Positions 59,440 through 64,000 of a DNA stretch of 64,000 nt are shown piece after piece. This DNA is from Phoronis australis (lineage: Eukaryota > Animalia > Phoronida). The stretch is from NCBI GenBank assembly GCA_002633005.1, contig NMRA01000021.1, positions 532,922 through 596,921 on the forward strand, read 5' to 3'. A model generated the notes under the pieces. The model had not been told where the DNA came from, did not search any database, and worked only from the letters and a program-made list of their open reading frames with translations. Made by a program: the position numbers and the translations under genes. The stretch's first letter is position 1. Every line of letters begins with the position of its first letter.

Positions 59440-62168
59440 TTAAATGCGATTTGCCGGATCGATTTTTTTCTTTGCTGTTTCATGTAGCCTGGGATTAAGT
59501 AAGTATGATTTATGGGGGTCAGGGGGTGACCGTTCGCAACCCTGGAGCATTTTTTTAATTTATGCAAATTAAGGTCACCATTATGCAAAATTTTATTTTT
59601 GCTTATATAATTTCCTTGTCAAGCACTGCAGGCAGATTATTTTGACGTTTTTACCCATGCTTCCATAATCAACGAATTTAATAACGAATTATTTGGTGGA
59701 TACATTGTCAATTTGTATAATTTATGCAATTAAGGCCGCCATTATTCAAAGTTCCTCTTGTGCTACCGTACCAATTAAGCACCACACTGACAGATCAACT
59801 ATCATAATATTTGCACCAAGTAAATTCTTATAGTCAATTAGTTTATTGAAACCAGTTTGCATCTTGTTGCATGATAAATTTGCATAATTAATGCAAATTA
59901 AGGCAGTCATTATTCAAAATTGTACTTGTGCTTATAGCTGTGGTACCAAGCACCACAGGTAAACTATCATGGAATTTGAACCTAATATATTTTCCTATGG
60001 TCAATTAGGTAAATGAAATCAGTTTGCAAATTGCCTGATAAATTTGCATAATTTATGCAAAAAGGCGGCCATTATTAAAAGTTCTGTTTCTGCTCGTAAC
60101 TTTCTTACGGGGGGGGGGACACTACATGTAGATTAGTTTGGTATCTGTACTGATAAATTTAATGTAATCTGTCATTACATCATGAATATAAATAATTTGT
60201 AATTTATTACACACATTACAAATTCTAATTTTGTCTGATACCTAGGGTAGATCTAGTAGATGACCACTTTTTTAATTACGATGAACCCAGGAAAATAACC
60301 TATCGAACCGGGCACAATCAACAAGATGTTTTAAATGCTAATTCAACACTCAGATGGTGAGCACACTACAGTATAACACGCCCACAATATAGTGGTGGGT
60401 AGACAATTGACGCGGCAACTAGGCCTACTTGATACATGGAATCTAACCTTAGCAGCCACACCTAACCATCTCCAGTATGCAATAGGGGCGAGTTGGACAC
60501 CATCTAGAATTGTAGGTAGTGAGAGCGATTTGTGTATGGCATCTTTCCTCCATCCATAGGCCTCTGGATCGACGTTCCACCACGTGACTGACTGTTAATG
60601 GGGTCTATTTACAAACCCTGTGAATGCCTCTGTTGTCGGTAACGGAGTACACAGTTTGGGGCGGAAGTATATCCTTTGTCGTTTTTCTTTCCCAACTAGT
60701 AGTCTAGTTCCTGACGTCTTCCTGATTCTCTTCATTCCATAAAAGACACACATATATTTAGGGATTTAGTGGCCTGTTTTATAAGGAAAAACACGCATAT
60801 ATAGTGTCGATGGCAGAAGGTCATGTCCAGCCTTCAATATTTTAACGATGGATCACTATCCAACTCCACAGTAGCATACCCCAGTGTTACACCCCTACAG
60901 TGCATGAGCAGGGAGGAGACCTTCGCAATCATGGTTGTGGCATTTGAAGCTGTTCCTTGTCATAGTAATGCCCACAAAGCACAAATATATTTGTGTCATC
61001 CGAAACAGCTGACTATTTGCTAACTACAAATGCACATTTCACGTCCTGCCGGCTTTCTTGTGGGATGTCTCCAGATTATACCTACTGCCAATGTCCTTGT
61101 ACAGTATCAGAGGGACAGGGATTATTCATCTTTCAGTGATTACCTGCTCGTGTTCTTTACGTACTGCTAGCCTTTCTCGAAGTCTGACAACGTTGCCTGT
61201 CCAATGCTTCTTGTTTCATGAACATTAACCGTAGGAATACCAATCCTGTCACTCGGCAGTGCTACTGTTCACTACTGCATCTTCGGGATGGACCTTGGGT
61301 TCCAATAGATCGATGCTAGTAGCCCCACTCCAGCATTCAGCCAGGTCATTAAACCAATCAGCGTTTATTCTATGGTCTGTGGGAGCGCAGGACAATAGGG
61401 AATATCCTTTTGAACTTATAAGGTCTCAAACTGCTGAGCACTCACTACATAAAACATTTTTTACTTCATCTGCAAATTTAATTATCACGCTACAACCTGC
61501 AAACAGAATTCATTAGATTCATCGACCGCAGAAACACGCTGGTTGCAAATATGAATAACTAACCTCTGGTGTCTGATGCAGCAGTTATAAGCACGAGTAC
61601 AATTTTGAATATGGCTGCTGTAGTTCGTGTAATTTATCAATAATGCAAATTCTTGATGGCCATGAAAACACGAGATATTATACGAAAATAATCTACATGT
61701 AATGCCCGTAAGGAAGTTACGAGCAGAAACATCTAGTATTTCGAGTACTTGCCCTTTACGTGCAGAATTCATGCAAATTTATCATGCAACAACTTGCACA
61801 CTGATTTCATTAAATTAATTGACCTCAGAAAAATGAGCGAAGACGTTACAATACAAAATGCAGAATTTTTAATAATGGCGATTTTAAGTTGCATACAGTA
61901 TGCAAATTCACGATGTATCCACCAGTAAATCAACTCCATTAAATTTACTGACCATGGAAGCATAAGTGAAAACAGTAACCTGTCCAGTCTGCAGTGCTTG
62001 GTAAGGAAATTGTAAGCAAAAATAGGATTTTGCATAATGGTTGCCTTAATTTGCATATTTAAAAAAAATTAAAGGCCTGCGAATAGTCACCCCTCTAAAT
62101 CATGATTAACTATGCTTAGGCTGCATGAAACAGCAAAGAAAAAACGTTTTTCGACAAATCCAGGTTAA
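59440..62168 (-). mobile_element. Decayed, internally deleted AcademX-like DNA transposon with long imperfect TIRs
   Basis: About 200-bp inverted termini (TTTTTTCTTTGCTGTTTCATGTAGCCT...TTATGCAAATTAAGG versus its reverse complement at about 61975-62168) and about four 165-bp-spaced subterminal repeats (TATGCAAATTAAGG..CCATTAT). Frameshifted minus-strand remnants of an XPG/PIN-like domain (LETSHKKAG, VSDDTNIFVL, LLPAHAL*GCNT), then LPTTEAF...DPEAYGW and a Cys-rich C-terminus (about 60350-61330). Confidence 0.7.
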
Positions 62169-62179
62169 GTAAAGAAACA

Positions 62180-62320
62180 GCCACCTGTTCAGTAACGCTA
62201 GGACCTCGCTAAAAAGCAAGACTTCGCGAGATTATGTGAGAAATTGCCGTGTATTTTAAATGAGAGCACGTGACTTTGACTAGGTTTTAGCTAGGTCCTA
62301 GCGTCTACTGAACACACGCC
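62180..62320. mobile_element. MITE family A, copy 3
   Basis: GTTCAGTAACGCTAGGACCTCGCTAAAAAGCAAGACTTCGCGAGATT...AGGTCCTAGCGTCTACTGAAC, directly next to the right TIR of the Academ-like element. Confidence 0.75.
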
Positions 62321-64000
62321 CGCACTTGGCTCCCGGACTAAATACACGCTTTTAGCTTAGGATGTAAATGGATGGAAAATTTATCGGAAATCCCTGGTAA
62401 CGAGCAAATGCATTACGTAATTCATCACTGTAATGCACATGAACTTGTTTTATTGTACTTATAATCAACAGCGTTAGTCCTCGTTATATCGATTTTTACG
62501 TTCAACACATGGACTATACAATTCGTTCGCCGCAAACTCGTTTCCCAGGGTTCGTAACGGTAGCTTTTTAAAAAATAAGAAATTTTTGACAAAAAGCAGA
62601 AATGCTTACAATAAGTGTACCAACTACTGAGCCAAATAGTACACGTAGAGTTAGAACAGAAAACAAGACCAATTATTTTCATGCTTAAACCTTGTGTTCA
62701 TAAGCATCAACATACTACAGACTGGATCGTTCAACTTTGTCAAGTGCATCAATAAATCTGCCTTATTGGGTTTATGTGGTTAAGGCAGCTTAATTCATTG
62801 AGGACCAATGCAAATTTAGAAAATATGAGTCGTTTTACAACTTTTAATGGACTTTGTGAAAAACAAAAGCAACAAAAACATAATTATGGGTCAATGATGA
62901 AGAACGTTTCGCAACAGGAATATTTCTTTTATACAATTTTCCGAAAGTAAGAATCAACAAAAAATTATACTGAGCAGTAGGACATATTTCAAAGAGAACG
63001 AAAAGAAAGAGAAATTCGAACCCTGGTTTCCAGAAATGAACAAGAGACCGACGTTTGGCGTAACAAAGTCATTTATTATGATTATATTGCAGTACAACAC
63101 AATGTAAGAAAATGGATAAACCAGTAGTAAAATAAAAGTATCTCTAGAAAATGGACAACAAAACGTCAAAAGAGATTTTGAAAACACCTCACGCCATACA
63201 TGTATATCAATTTATTTTAGGCCCGTGTGCCATTGCAATATAATGATCCACCCAACAGGACCCGGGATCAGATTTCCTGATAAACTGGCCTCTTGAGGAC
63301 AGCGGCATAAAACAATCTATTTTTGAAGTAAGGTGCCACGAAATGGGCAGAGGTTTTACTGTACTTAAATTTGACAGTTTGATGACATCATCATGACACA
63401 TTTTTGTTGTCAAATAAAANGCATCAAGAATTAAGGATTAGGATGACATAAAAATGTAAAAAACAGTCAAAATTATTTTTTTTGTGTATCCACCTACCTT
63501 TTTAACATTAACATGAAGTGTGATCGAACATTTTGGACAAGTAAGTACACTTTCACTGCCATTTACAAGAAACCAAAACCCTGCACATTTTTCTGTAACC
63601 ATTTGTCTGTACGAAAATATCAACTTGTTACGTAACCACAGAAAGAGCTCACAGTTTGTAATCGTCGCTAGAGACCAAATTAAACTAGTTGGTTTGTCAT
63701 GGTCATCGTGTTATGCGCAGAGTATGCCTCAAGCAGTAACGGACTACCACCATTCTTTCATATTTTTTATTCTAAACTGTGATATCAATTAAGAGTTGAT
63801 GAATAAAAGAATTATCTAACATTAGACGCGTTGCTTGCAGTCCTCAGAAAACCCAAAACGTTTCCAGAGAAACCAAATGTAACAAATTTGATTTTCAGCT
63901 CTGACCTGGGCACTGGAGATTGATCTGTTATCGTCTTAAATTATTTTTGATTTGATAGAGAGAGGGAGGGAGGGTGGGAGGGAGGGAGGGTGAGAGGGAG

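Overview
Eukaryotic (metazoan, probably marine invertebrate/lophotrochozoan-like; species not identifiable) AT-rich draft-assembly DNA with GT-AG spliceosomal introns, so most entries in the ORF track are spurious. By walking splice sites by hand I reconstructed four genes: MED15 (minus, 15 coding exons, 13815-25527), ZNF341 (minus, 12 coding exons, 31261-43120), MDP1 (plus, 6 exons, 43252-50157) and a single-coding-exon GT31 beta-1,3-galactosyltransferase (plus, 57324-58460). ZNF341 and MDP1 are head-to-head, with only 131 bp between their ATGs. The most puzzling locus is about 3956-4463. It reads as a PPxY-rich Pro/Tyr terminal exon on the minus strand and as a Gly/Tyr-rich structural-protein-like frame on the plus strand. 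The rest is a dense set of decayed transposons (an AcademX-like DNA transposon relic with long TIRs, LINE 3' ends, tRNA-derived SINE heads, at least six MITE families) plus two duplications at single-N joins that are probably assembly artefacts. I found no prokaryotic-type system (CRISPR, operon, defence island), and I cannot claim a new biological system with confidence.
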